Positions 50,945 through 60,882 of a DNA stretch of 64,000 nt are shown here, piece by piece. The stretch comes from Flavobacteriales bacterium (GTDB taxonomy: Bacteria; Bacteroidota; Bacteroidia; Flavobacteriales_C; GCA-002722245): positions 42,243 to 106,242 of the forward strand of contig JAHEZL010000012.1 in the NCBI GenBank assembly GCA_023251095.1, in the 5' to 3' direction. Made by a program: the position numbers and the translations under genes. A model generated the notes under the pieces. The model searched no databases. It saw only the letters and a program-made list of their open reading frames with translations, and was not told where the DNA came from. Numbering within the stretch: the stretch's first letter is position 1; every line of letters starts with the position of its first letter.

Positions 50945-51745
50945 ATGGATCTTCTATCACATATTTTATCGGGATTAGCGATAAGTACCGTTATCGTTTC
51001 TTTTTCAAAAGTTTCAAAAAAACACAAGGCGGTGATTTTATTTAGTGGGGCCTTGGGTGGCGGATTTCCTGATTTTGATGTGCTGTCGCACTGGAGTCAG
51101 TTTGATACTACCTTCGGGAAGTTTTTTGAGCTGGATATGCCGGGCTTTCAGATTTACCATAGCAAACGCTGGTATTCGCATCATGCTTTTTTGCATTCAC
51201 TGACGGCTGCCGCGCTCATTGCGGGTTTGATAGGATGTGTCATTTATCTTTTTAAAAGAAAAGAGAAAACTTTTAAGCAATCTTTTTACGACAGCAGATA
51301 TATTATGCTGGCTTTCTTTCTTGGTTTTTGCGTGCACTTGCTGGAAGATATGCCTACACCAACGTATGCCTGGGGTGGCGTGAATTTCTTTTGGCCAAGC
51401 GGTGTTTACTTTGGCGGAACAGGAGAAATATGGTGGTGGAACAATTACGATTTGTTTTTAATTATACTCAGTGTGATCCTGATCAATGCGCTTGTTTTAA
51501 TTGTCCGCTCTTATGTAAAGTTCAATGCGCGCATCATTTCAACGCTCATATTATTTAGCGGCGTTAGTTTGTATCTCTATCAAATAAAAACCCGTCCTTT
51601 CGATTTTAATTATCAGAAAGCCGAGCACGGTAAAGTGTTTTGGGAGTATGAACAAAAATCAAAAGCCATTCAAAAAGACATATTAGGCGAGAGGCTATAT
51701 GGAATAATGGTGGAGTTTGATAAGCATGTTCCTTTGTGGTTTTAG
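50945..51745 (+). CDS. YdjM-like membrane metal-dependent hydrolase
   Basis: MD.LSH, PDFD, HHAFLHS, HLLED motifs. Confidence 0.85.
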   Translation: MDLLSHILSGLAISTVIVSFSKVSKKHKAVILFSGALGGGFPDFDVLSHWSQFDTTFGKFFELDMPGFQIYHSKRWYSHHAFLHSLTAAALIAGLIGCVIYLFKRKEKTFKQSFYDSRYIMLAFFLGFCVHLLEDMPTPTYAWGGVNFFWPSGVYFGGTGEIWWWNNYDLFLIILSVILINALVLIVRSYVKFNARIISTLILFSGVSLYLYQIKTRPFDFNYQKAEHGKVFWEYEQKSKAIQKDILGERLYGIMVEFDKHVPLWF

Positions 51746-51754
51746 TTGTATGGG

Positions 51755-51793
51755 ATTGCTTCAATTTTTGAGTACAAAAATTGAAGCAATGAC
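51755..51793. repeat. Perfect hairpin; single-arm relative of the 59318-59434 repeat
   Basis: ATTGCTTCAATTTTTG-AGTA-CAAAAATTGAAGCAAT-GAC. Confidence 0.8.
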
Positions 51794-51806
51794 GAATACA
51801 GAGTAA

Positions 51807-51976
51807 GTTTCAGGAAATGGTCGCTAACTTCGTGCGGGGGCCTGAGCCAAGATGCGGGCCAGCGGTGGCGGGAGCGAAATTTTTCCGTCACCGACGGATA
51901 AAAAATTTCGCGACGCGCGCTGAAGCATATCTTGGCGCTTGATTTTTTGTTACTTTTTCATCAAGGAAAAAGTAAG
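51807..51976. repeat. Structured intergenic repeat, pseudoknot family, copy 3 (inverted)
   Basis: GTTTCAGGAAATGGTCGCTAACTTCGTGCG...CTTGATTTTTTGTTACTTTTTCATCAAGGAAAAAGTAAG is the reverse complement of copies 1 and 2. Confidence 0.9.
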
Positions 51977-51982
51977 GAGGAG

Positions 51983-52636
51983 TTATTTAAACTCCGCAAT
52001 AGTACTAATCCCGCCTTTCACCACATCATCAATTTTAACTTTGATTTCTGTGCCGAGCGGGAAAAATAAATCTACACGGGAACCGAATTTTATGAATCCG
52101 AATTCACCGCCTTGCACCGCTTTGTCGCCTTCTTTAGAGTAGTAAACGATGCGTCGGGCAAGGAAACCGGCAATTTGACGGAAGAGTACTTCTTTTCCGT
52201 TCGTATTTTGAATTACTAAGGTAGAGCGCTCATTTTCCGTTGAGCTTTTTGGATGCCACGCTACTAAATATTTTCCGGGATGGTATTTCACGTATTTCAC
52301 AATTCCGCTGATGGGATTTCTGTTTACGTGTACGTTGATGGGCGACATGAAAATAGACACCTGAATGCGTTTGTCTTTGAAATATTCGGTTTCAACAGTT
52401 TCCTCAATCACCACTACTTTTCCATCGCAGGGAGCAATAGCCAAAGAATCATTGAGTGTTGTAAGTCTTTTCGGATTTCTGAAGAATTGCAAAACCAACA
52501 CCAGCAAAAATGCAGCAATGGCATAGGCCAGATAATGAACGATAGGCCAGCAGGTGAAATAAAGCGCGCTAAAAACTACCAATCCTGCAACTAGTAAAGT
52601 GATGATGATGGTTGGAATTCCTTCTCTGTGTATCAT
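51983..52636 (-). CDS. psd: Phosphatidylserine decarboxylase
   Basis: FFRNP.R, APCDG, IFMSP.NVHVNR, FGFIKFGSRVD. Confidence 0.96.
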   Translation of the reverse strand: MIHREGIPTIIITLLVAGLVVFSALYFTCWPIVHYLAYAIAAFLLVLVLQFFRNPKRLTTLNDSLAIAPCDGKVVVIEETVETEYFKDKRIQVSIFMSPINVHVNRNPISGIVKYVKYHPGKYLVAWHPKSSTENERSTLVIQNTNGKEVLFRQIAGFLARRIVYYSKEGDKAVQGGEFGFIKFGSRVDLFFPLGTEIKVKIDDVVKGGISTIAEFK

Positions 52637-52677
52637 GTGTTTGTTTTAATTTTTTGATGTGGGCGTAAAAATAGAAA

Positions 52678-53253
52678 TTAAAATTTCAATCCCAATTCTA
52701 CTTGTAATCCTATGTCGTTTTGATATTTGTAAGCATTGGTAATTCTTTCGAAAATGCCTACTCCTAATATCAATCCGTAGGTGGTTCTTGGAATAAAAAA
52801 TATTTCCTGAATGGGGGATAATCCTACAATAGGATGATAAATGTTTTGACTGACCAGACTCGATGGATTGTTATATACTTCCACTCCCAAAGGAATTTGC
52901 AAACCTATATTGATCCATAAATTGGTTCCTACGTTTTTCATTGCGGAAATTCCCGGCACTATGAAATTAGGTCCGGGTGTTGGGTAGCCATTAAGTTCAC
53001 TGATGCCATTGGCCATCACAGAAATGTTTTCCAACGATAAAGAATAAGGAAAGTACCATCCTTTAAAATCACCTTTTATAAAACGATAGTAAGTAAAGGC
53101 GTATCCGTTGGAATGACCTCCTGCTTTATAAGAAACAGACAATAAATTATTTGGATTGACTTGAGCGTTAAAGGAAAGCGCCGTTGAATCCTGAGCTGCC
53201 AACTCGCAAAAAGAGCTGATGATGAATGCTAAAACGAGTAAGATCTTCTTCAT
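52678..53253 (-). CDS. Hypothetical exported/OM protein
   Basis: Signal peptide (AAQ); C-terminal VELGLKF. Confidence 0.6.
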   Translation of the reverse strand: MKKILLVLAFIISSFCELAAQDSTALSFNAQVNPNNLLSVSYKAGGHSNGYAFTYYRFIKGDFKGWYFPYSLSLENISVMANGISELNGYPTPGPNFIVPGISAMKNVGTNLWINIGLQIPLGVEVYNNPSSLVSQNIYHPIVGLSPIQEIFFIPRTTYGLILGVGIFERITNAYKYQNDIGLQVELGLKF

Positions 53254-53266
53254 GCGATTGAATGCA

Positions 53267-54106
53267 TTAATAGAAAACAGAATATATTTTAATTAAAAAA
53301 TAAACCATTGGGGCTGCTAAAAGCAAGCCGTCGAAACGATCTAAAATTCCACCGTGACCGGGAAGAATAGTGCCTGAATCTTTAATGCCCAGACTTCTCT
53401 TCAGCATCGATTCGGCAAGGTCGCCAAGTGTTCCGAAGATCACCACTGTTAAAGCCATCAACAGCCAGAAACCGAGGTTATAGCTTTGGAAGATTAAATG
53501 ACAAACGTAGCCGATAATTAAAGCAGCGATGGCACCGCCAATAAATCCTTCCCACGATTTTTTAGGGGAAATTCTTTCGAAGAGTTTGTGTTTTCCGTAT
53601 TTGGTTCCCGAGAAATAAGCACCGGTATCATTGGCCCATAGCATGAAGAAAAAAGAAAAAGCTACATCAAATTCTCTGGTGGCTAAGGTTAAGTTTTTTG
53701 TTTCTTCAAAATTGGCCACAAGCAAAAAGCCGAAAGGCAGAATCACATAGCCGATTCCTGAAATGGTGAGAGCGATATTGGTAAAGGGCTGATCGGTTTT
53801 TCTATACAACTCGGCAATAAAAATCCACACCACCAGCGGAATAGAAAATGAAGCCCAGGCCATGTAATTGTGATTGAGTGTGTAAGCGATAAAAGAGCAA
53901 TAAGCAAGCGCGCCGATAACCAATCCGAGAATCCTGTTGGGTTGAATCACTGAGTTTTTAAAGAGTCCGTAAAACTCATTTAATCCAATCAAAGCAATCA
54001 CACCAAACAACGCAGCAAATGTCGCAAAGCTGAACCACATGGCGCTTAGCAGAACCAGTACAAATAAAACACCGGTAGTTGCTCGTTGTGAAAGATTGCT
54101 CTTCAA
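53267..54106 (-). CDS. cdsA: Phosphatidate cytidylyltransferase
   Basis: DTGAY, ISPKKSWEG, GDLAES.LKR..IKDSG..LPGHGGILDRFD. Confidence 0.97.
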   Translation of the reverse strand: MKSNLSQRATTGVLFVLVLLSAMWFSFATFAALFGVIALIGLNEFYGLFKNSVIQPNRILGLVIGALAYCSFIAYTLNHNYMAWASFSIPLVVWIFIAELYRKTDQPFTNIALTISGIGYVILPFGFLLVANFEETKNLTLATREFDVAFSFFFMLWANDTGAYFSGTKYGKHKLFERISPKKSWEGFIGGAIAALIIGYVCHLIFQSYNLGFWLLMALTVVIFGTLGDLAESMLKRSLGIKDSGTILPGHGGILDRFDGLLLAAPMVYFLIKIYSVFY

Positions 54107-54107
54107 A

Positions 54108-56198
54108 TTAAAAATCTAAATTAATTTGAAGGGGTGGTTTTTTGTCGTCTTTGTTCTCTTCCGCTTTTTCTTTTTCCTCTTTTGAAGAAGGTTCTTCAGC
54201 AGCAGCTTTCGGCGCTTCACTTTCTTTCTTCTCTTGTTCTGCTACTTTTTCGTTGATTCTTTTTTCAACGTCTTCTTTCTTTTCTTCCGCACTTTCTTCA
54301 CCCGGACGGGTACCGAAAATTGCTTCCAAATCTTCTTTGAAAATCACTTCTTTTTCAAGGAGTAATCTTGCTAGTTTCCCTAAAGATTCTTTGTGTTTGG
54401 TTAAAATATCTTTGGCTACTGTATAAGCTTCTTCAATGATTTTGCGAACCTCTTCATCAATGGTTTCAGCAGTTTGCTCACTATAAGGTTTAGTGAGTGC
54501 GTATTCGTTTGCGCCTGATGAATCGTAATAGCTAACGTTACCAATTTTTTCATTTAAACCATAAACAACAATCATAGACATGGCTTGTTTCGTTACTTTT
54601 TCCAAGTCGCTCAAAGCACCTGTTGAAATTTCACCAAATACAATTTGCTCGGCAGCTCTACCGCCTAAAGCAGCACACATCTCGTGAAAGATCTGATCTT
54701 TCGTAGTGATTTGTCTTTCTTCAGGAAGATACCATGCAGCACCCAGTGAACGACCTCTCGGTACGATAGTCACTTTTAATAAAGGTGAAGCGTGACGCAT
54801 GAACCAGCTCACTGTAGCGTGACCAGCTTCGTGGTAAGCAATGGTTTCTTTTTCCTTTGGAGTGATGATTTTATTTTTCTTTTCTAATCCGCCAATGATA
54901 CGGTCAACAGCATCGAGGAAATCCTGTTTGCCTACGGTTGATTTATTGGTACGGGCAGCGATTAAAGCCGCTTCGTTACATATGTTAGCGATATCAGCGC
55001 CCGAGAAGCCCGGAGTTTGTTTGGCCAAAAATTCAACTTCAACAGTACTGTCGATTTTGATTGGTTTCAAATGCACTTTGAAAATATCTTTTCGCTCGTT
55101 CAAATCCGGCATGTCTACGTAAATCATACGATCGAATCGTCCGGCACGCATCAATGCTCTGTCGAGAATATCCGCTCTGTTGGTAGCAGCCAGCACGATA
55201 ATTCCGCTGTTGGTACCGAAACCATCCATTTCAGTTAATAACTGATTGAGTGTGTTTTCTCTTTCGTCATTGGCGCCTTGTGCAGGATTTTTCCCGCGTG
55301 CTCTACCAATAGCATCAATCTCATCAATGAAAATAATACAAGGCGCTTTTTCTTTGGCTTGTTTGAATAAGTCGCGCACCCTTGAAGCACCAACCCCTAC
55401 AAACATTTCCACGAAATCCGAACCTGATAAAGAATAAAACGGAACTTTGGCTTCACCGGCAACGGCTTTGGCCAATAAGGTTTTTCCTGTTCCCGGAGGT
55501 CCTACCAATAAAGCACCTTTTGGAATTTTAGCACCGAGTTCAGTATATTTTTTAGGGTGTTTCAAGAAATCAACAATCTCTTTAATTTCTACTTTAGCTT
55601 CTTCCAATCCGGCAACGTCAGCAAAGGTAATATCTACTTTAGCGTCTTTATCAAAAAGGGTTGCACGTGATTTACCGATGTTGAAAATTTGTCCGCCCGG
55701 ACCGCCGCCGCCGCCCATTCTGCGCATCATGAAAATCCAGAAAACAGCCATAATACCCAGCATCAGCAAGATTCCTGAAATACTTTCAAGGAAAGAATGT
55801 TCACGGTTTTCATTGTCGACATTCACTATGTTTTTAGGTAAAGCCTTTGCATTGTAAGTATCCACTTCTTTCATGAAGGCATCGGCTGAAGAAATATCAA
55901 AAGTGTATTGCGGACCTTTTTGCGATATTTTACTATCGGCTTTAACTTCTTTAGTCGCCAGTATAGAATCGTTAAGGTAAGCCTCTACAAAAAGTTTTTC
56001 GTCGAGTTTAACGATCACCATTTTTTTGATTTTGCCTTTTTCAAGCACGTCTTTTTTGAATTCGGAGAACCCAAGTTCTTTAGGGCCGCCCGGCATATCA
56101 TAAAACTGATACATGAAGATCAATCCGATTACCAAAAGGAAAATCCACTGTATCGGGAAATTCATTTTTGGCTTTTTAGGTATTTTGGCTGATGACAT
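54108..56198 (-). CDS. ftsH: ATP-dependent zinc metalloprotease FtsH
   Basis: [23 protein letters not shown]. Confidence 0.98.
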   Translation of the reverse strand: MSSAKIPKKPKMNFPIQWIFLLVIGLIFMYQFYDMPGGPKELGFSEFKKDVLEKGKIKKMVIVKLDEKLFVEAYLNDSILATKEVKADSKISQKGPQYTFDISSADAFMKEVDTYNAKALPKNIVNVDNENREHSFLESISGILLMLGIMAVFWIFMMRRMGGGGGPGGQIFNIGKSRATLFDKDAKVDITFADVAGLEEAKVEIKEIVDFLKHPKKYTELGAKIPKGALLVGPPGTGKTLLAKAVAGEAKVPFYSLSGSDFVEMFVGVGASRVRDLFKQAKEKAPCIIFIDEIDAIGRARGKNPAQGANDERENTLNQLLTEMDGFGTNSGIIVLAATNRADILDRALMRAGRFDRMIYVDMPDLNERKDIFKVHLKPIKIDSTVEVEFLAKQTPGFSGADIANICNEAALIAARTNKSTVGKQDFLDAVDRIIGGLEKKNKIITPKEKETIAYHEAGHATVSWFMRHASPLLKVTIVPRGRSLGAAWYLPEERQITTKDQIFHEMCAALGGRAAEQIVFGEISTGALSDLEKVTKQAMSMIVVYGLNEKIGNVSYYDSSGANEYALTKPYSEQTAETIDEEVRKIIEEAYTVAKDILTKHKESLGKLARLLLEKEVIFKEDLEAIFGTRPGEESAEEKKEDVEKRINEKVAEQEKKESEAPKAAAEEPSSKEEKEKAEENKDDKKPPLQINLDF

Positions 56199-56218
56199 AA
56201 TTCTGTAATATTTTTTAA

Positions 56219-56779
56219 TTAATCTTTGTTTTCAATTTTAGTGATCGCGGCGTCGGCCCACAGATCTTCAAGGTTGTAAAATTCTCTGGTGTGTTGCTGA
56301 AAAACGTGAGCAATAACAGAAACGTAATCTATTAAGATCCATTCCGAGTTACTGAATCCTTCTCTTTTCCATGGATATTCACCTGTGGTTTGTTTCACTT
56401 CTTTTTCCAGGCTTCCGGCAATCGCATCAACGTGCGTGCTGGAGTTTCCGCTGGCAATAACAAAGAAGTCGCAAACTGAGTTTTGTATTTTTCTTAAGTC
56501 GATAACTACGATATCCAGCGCTTTCATTTCTTCCATTCCTGCAACAACTAGGTCGCTTAGCATTTGAGATGGACTCTTTTTAACGCTTTCTTTTTTTGCG
56601 ACTGCTTTTTTAGGAGCAGCGGCTTTTTTGGTACTAACTTTTTTTACCGGTTTTTTTTCGGCTTTTGGCTTTACGCTTTTTACTTTTGTCTTTGGTTTAG
56701 CTGTTGCTTCCGTTTTCGACTTTTTAACCGTAACTTTTGCCTTAACTTTTTTGGTGCTCCCTGTAGCTTTTCCGGCCAT
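56219..56779 (-). CDS. rsfS: Ribosome silencing factor with a Lys/Ala-rich N-terminal extension
   Basis: KALDIVVIDLR, DFFVIASG, WILIDY...HVF...REFYNLEDLW. Confidence 0.93.
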   Translation of the reverse strand: MAGKATGSTKKVKAKVTVKKSKTEATAKPKTKVKSVKPKAEKKPVKKVSTKKAAAPKKAVAKKESVKKSPSQMLSDLVVAGMEEMKALDIVVIDLRKIQNSVCDFFVIASGNSSTHVDAIAGSLEKEVKQTTGEYPWKREGFSNSEWILIDYVSVIAHVFQQHTREFYNLEDLWADAAITKIENKD

Positions 56780-56871
56780 TGAAAAATGATTTTATATTTA
56801 CGTTCAAAAGTAAGGAAATAAATCAATACTTTTTTCACCGATTTAAAGGCTTTTGAAAATTAACATTGTTT

Positions 56872-57627
56872 ATGAGTAACGCTGTGTTCACAAGGGTTTT
56901 AGAGATAAATGAGGTGGCTTCCACCAGTGCGGAGGCGAAACGACTTTGCAAGGAGGTGAGCGGACAGAATTTAGCGGTTTGGACGAGAAAGCAAACTCAG
57001 GGTCGCGGACAAGTTGGTGCTTCGTGGTTCACCGGCGATGAAAAAGACATTGCTTTAAGTTGTGTTTTTTACCCCGGATCGTTCCCCGTTCAAAAGCAGT
57101 TTTTGCTGAATATGGTGGTGTGTAATGCTGTGTTTAATTACGTGAAATCCAATGTGAATAAGGAGGTGAGCATTAAATGGCCCAATGATATTTTAATCGG
57201 ACAGAAAAAAGTGTGTGGTATTTTGATTGAAAATGTGCTGAGGGGTGCTGCGATTGATCATTCGGTGATTGGGATAGGAGTGAATGTGAACTCAAAAATA
57301 TTTCCCGGAGAGCTTGCTCACGCTACTTCCATAGCCATTGAAAATTTTGCTTTTATAGGTTCTCAAAGAAGTGAAACGCTGGATCTGATAGATCATTTGG
57401 GCAAACATCTGGAGGAATTTTACCAACCCATTTTAAATGAGGTTCTGATCAGAGAAAATTACCTTAAACATTTGTTCGGATTGAATAAAGAACTTTCTTT
57501 TTTGAGGGGAGAGCAGGAGTTTAAAGGCACCATTACAGGCGTTGACGATTCAGGGAAACTAAAAATGCTGGTGAATGGGGAAGAGGTGTTATTCGGATTT
57601 AAAGAAATACAATTTCTTTATTTATAA
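56872..57627 (+). CDS. birA: Biotin-protein ligase (no HTH)
   Basis: QTQGRGQ, IKWPND, KKVCGILIE. Confidence 0.95.
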   Translation: MSNAVFTRVLEINEVASTSAEAKRLCKEVSGQNLAVWTRKQTQGRGQVGASWFTGDEKDIALSCVFYPGSFPVQKQFLLNMVVCNAVFNYVKSNVNKEVSIKWPNDILIGQKKVCGILIENVLRGAAIDHSVIGIGVNVNSKIFPGELAHATSIAIENFAFIGSQRSETLDLIDHLGKHLEEFYQPILNEVLIRENYLKHLFGLNKELSFLRGEQEFKGTITGVDDSGKLKMLVNGEEVLFGFKEIQFLYL

Positions 57628-58022
57628 ATCTCCTGTAATTTATGCATGTTGTAATTGAAAAACTGCGTGAGCGGTCCTTTTACAACCATTTCCATAAACA
57701 TGTTAATGTCACCTTCAAAGTCCATGTAAGTCTCACAGGTAGTGTCGCTCAAAGGAGTGATGATGCATTTTAAATTGAATTTTATCGGAGAAATATCTGT
57801 AGAGATTAAATGCACCAAAGAAGGTTCTGTTTTGTCTTGTAATTTTAAACCGATAGCTGCCATTTTTTTAATGCTGAAAGAGCATTCCGTTTCGGAGCTT
57901 ACCCATTTTTCAACTTTGTCGGCAGGAAGCAACTGATTGAAGTTGTTAAGGTTTGCCAGAAAAGTAAAAACGGTTCCCGCAGGAGCGTTGATTACTTTTT
58001 TATCGGTTTGAATTGAGGTCAT
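57618..58022 (-). CDS. SRPBCC-family protein
   Basis: INAPA..VF.FL.NLNNF..LLP pattern; directly downstream of pyrE. Confidence 0.8.
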   Translation of the reverse strand: MTSIQTDKKVINAPAGTVFTFLANLNNFNQLLPADKVEKWVSSETECSFSIKKMAAIGLKLQDKTEPSLVHLISTDISPIKFNLKCIITPLSDTTCETYMDFEGDINMFMEMVVKGPLTQFFNYNMHKLQEIYK

Positions 58023-58675
58023 TATTTTTCTATTAATTTCCCCCAGCTTTCAGGATTCATTCTCCATGATTTGATTAAATCCTGCTGGGATTCGGTGATA
58101 TATCCTGACTTAACAGCTTGTTGAATCAACACATCGTAATCGGAAAGTGTTACCAAATCACATTTTTCTTTTTTGAAGGCTTTGTGCGCCACATCAAAAT
58201 CATAAGTGAAAATTGCTGCCATTCCCAATACTGTTGCTCCTGCTGCACGCAGCGATTCAACAGCTTTTAAACTACTTTTTCCTGTAGAAATCAAATCTTC
58301 TATCACTACTACTGATTGTCCGGAATTCACCACACCTTCAATAATATTTCCCAATCCGTGGTCCTTCGGAGCCGAACGAACATAGGCGAAAGAAACACCT
58401 AAATCCTGTGCTACCAAAGCTCCCTGAGCGATTGCGCCAGTAGCAACACCAACAATTACATCGGGTTTGCCAAAAGTTTCAATCACCGCGCTCGCCAATT
58501 GCTGACGAACGTAAGTTCTGATTTTAGGATAAGATAAGGTTACTCTGTTGTCGCAGTATATAGGAGATTTCCATCCGGATGCCCAAGTGAAGGGATCATT
58601 CGGTTGAAGCTTTATCGCTTTGACTTGTAATAGATATTCCGCAACTTTGGACGCTGCATCTTTATTAAACACCAT
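58022..58675 (-). CDS. pyrE: Orotate phosphoribosyltransferase
   Basis: WASGWKSPIYCDNR, VIEDLISTG. Confidence 0.97.
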   Translation of the reverse strand: MVFNKDAASKVAEYLLQVKAIKLQPNDPFTWASGWKSPIYCDNRVTLSYPKIRTYVRQQLASAVIETFGKPDVIVGVATGAIAQGALVAQDLGVSFAYVRSAPKDHGLGNIIEGVVNSGQSVVVIEDLISTGKSSLKAVESLRAAGATVLGMAAIFTYDFDVAHKAFKKEKCDLVTLSDYDVLIQQAVKSGYITESQQDLIKSWRMNPESWGKLIEK

Positions 58676-58683
58676 AATCGCAA

Positions 58684-59292
58684 ATGTATAAAGTTTTTAT
58701 TAACGATAAACCCCTGATTTTTTCACCACAAAGGTTTTCAACATTGAATTTGCTGGAAGTCAACGGGGAAGAATCAAAAAAAAAGTTACTAACCATTATT
58801 GAAAAAATGGAAGATGGTACTTTTTCAAGCGGATTGGAAATTGTGTCCAACGATATTGAGAAAATATGGGAAGAGTTCAATTCCTTCTACAAACCAATAG
58901 CGGCGGCCGGTGGAATAGTAAAAAAAGACGACAAAATTTTAGTGATTTATCGTCTTGGAAAATGGGATTTGCCAAAAGGGAAAATGGAAGAGGGCGAATC
59001 AAAAGAAGAATCGGCCTTGAGAGAGGTGGAAGAGGAGTGTGGGGTAACGGCACTCAAAATTGTTGATAAACTTCCTGAAGTTTTACATACTTACACCTTG
59101 AAAGGGCAGAGAATTTTAAAAACTACTTACTGGTTTGAGATGACAACGGACTTTTCAGGGACGATGAAACCGCAGACTGAAGAAGATATTTCTATTGTAA
59201 AATGGGTGGATGCAGAAGGGATGAAAGAAGTGTTGGCGAATACTTATCCTTCGATAAAGGATTTGTTGGGGATATATTTGATAAAGAGTTGA
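58684..59292 (+). CDS. NUDIX hydrolase
   Basis: WDLPKG...GE....ALREVEEECG Nudix box. Confidence 0.94.
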   Translation: MYKVFINDKPLIFSPQRFSTLNLLEVNGEESKKKLLTIIEKMEDGTFSSGLEIVSNDIEKIWEEFNSFYKPIAAAGGIVKKDDKILVIYRLGKWDLPKGKMEEGESKEESALREVEEECGVTALKIVDKLPEVLHTYTLKGQRILKTTYWFEMTTDFSGTMKPQTEEDISIVKWVDAEGMKEVLANTYPSIKDLLGIYLIKS

Positions 59293-59317
59293 TTCTCTCC
59301 AGTACGTCATTACTCTC

Positions 59318-59434
59318 TACGTCATTGCGAAATTTTTGTACTCAAAAATGAAGCAAACTCATTACGTACTTCTTATTTACTGAACCACTATAAGTTTGCT
59401 TCATTTTTGAGTACAAAAATTTCGCAATGACGTA
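59318..59434. repeat. Perfect 42-bp inverted repeat (GTCATTGCGA...GAAGCAA family)
   Basis: TACGTCATTGCGAAATTTTTGTACTCAAAAATGAAGCAAACT, 33-nt spacer, exact reverse complement. Confidence 0.92.
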
Positions 59435-59469
59435 CTGGGGGAACACTTGGAATGCGGATTGTAGAAGTT

Positions 59470-60882
59470 TTACCCCTCAATCAATCGTTTCAACTGATAT
59501 TCAAAGCCCTGAGAAGGACTTTTAGCAGGATAATAAACAATTTTCCCGTCGGGACTGATCAGTATCCACTGTGTAGTTTGGTTTCTTTCGTAGTTCTCTA
59601 CACGGATATCCTCAATACGGTAATTGATTAGCACGTCTTCATTTTTCTGGTAATGCAGAATGGGCCAGGTGTATTGGTTTTGCTGAATGAATTGCTCGTA
59701 GAGTTTTTGATCGTAATCGGTGGAAATGCTAATAATTTCAAGATTTTTGGCGTAGCGTGTTTGCAGGTAACTCAATACTTTCATTTCTTCTTCGTAGCCT
59801 TTGTCCCATACTTTAAAGAAACTCAGGTATACATATTTGCCTTGATGCGCACTCAGTTTAAATTCTTCTTTGCCTTTGTCCTGTAAAATAATTTCAGGCG
59901 CAGCTGTTCCGGGTTGTAAATGGAACATCAAACTTTTTACATCTAAAGCCATTCGGTGAAGATCGCTGTTTTCGGAGTGAGCAATAACAGAGTCGAGAAG
60001 GCCGCTCATCGCCTTTTCGTTATAAGCCGGATTGTTTTGCAGCTCCAGCAAACCATTGATGAGTATTAAGGAAGAAAGTTCAGGATTGTATGGGTTTCCG
60101 GGAGAAACTGTTTTAAGAATTTCAGAGTATTTTTTTGCGTTGATGAGATAAATGATGTTGCTTTTATCATCGTTGGCCAGATCAAACTTAAAGTAACCAC
60201 GGTAAATGTTTTTGAACATCCCTACATATTGTATGTTGTTCAAATCGACGGGCTGTGCTGCGAAATATTTTTTTCGGATATTTTCCGGATGGTTTTTTTG
60301 CAGCATGGCATCAAAGGTGCCGATGGTGTATTTGAGGTATTGTTTGAAATAAGGATTCTCGTATTTGTTGAGTTTTTCCAGTTGAGCGATGAAGTTTAAA
60401 ATCAGTTTCGGACCCTTCGCGTAATACAGGTTTTGCTTGTGTTTACTGATGAATTCATTAACGGCCCTGTCGACTTTATCAATTAAAAAATTGAGTTCGG
60501 TAGTGTCTTCATTTTTCAAACGGAAGGGTTGAACATCTTTGGCTAAATAACCTTCTTCCTTTACTAATCGCGGATTTAAAGGCGGGATAAAAACAGTGTA
60601 TTGTTTTCCCGGTTCGGCAAATAAAGTGCGTTTTGATTTTCCTAAAACAACAAAAATCATTTTCACTTCCTTGATATCGAAAGCAGCAGTAAAACTACCT
60701 TTTTCATCAGTGACACCGGCATAAACAGCTTCTTTTTGTTCGGTTAAAAAATCGGTGACAATATCTATTCTGAAGGGTTGATTAACGAAGGAAGATTTAT
60801 CGCAAACTATAGTCGCATCGGTTGCCCATGCACGAAATCCAAATAAAAGAAACAGTATACTGATACTTCTATACATCTTCAT
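59470..60882 (-). CDS. Exported protein with a C-terminal TlpA/thioredoxin-like domain lacking CxxC
   Basis: PGTAAPEI.L.D..K...LS...GKYVYLSFFKVWDKGY..EM; ISISTD; LISPDGKI. Confidence 0.8.
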   Translation of the reverse strand: MKMYRSISILFLLFGFRAWATDATIVCDKSSFVNQPFRIDIVTDFLTEQKEAVYAGVTDEKGSFTAAFDIKEVKMIFVVLGKSKRTLFAEPGKQYTVFIPPLNPRLVKEEGYLAKDVQPFRLKNEDTTELNFLIDKVDRAVNEFISKHKQNLYYAKGPKLILNFIAQLEKLNKYENPYFKQYLKYTIGTFDAMLQKNHPENIRKKYFAAQPVDLNNIQYVGMFKNIYRGYFKFDLANDDKSNIIYLINAKKYSEILKTVSPGNPYNPELSSLILINGLLELQNNPAYNEKAMSGLLDSVIAHSENSDLHRMALDVKSLMFHLQPGTAAPEIILQDKGKEEFKLSAHQGKYVYLSFFKVWDKGYEEEMKVLSYLQTRYAKNLEIISISTDYDQKLYEQFIQQNQYTWPILHYQKNEDVLINYRIEDIRVENYERNQTTQWILISPDGKIVYYPAKSPSQGFEYQLKRLIEG

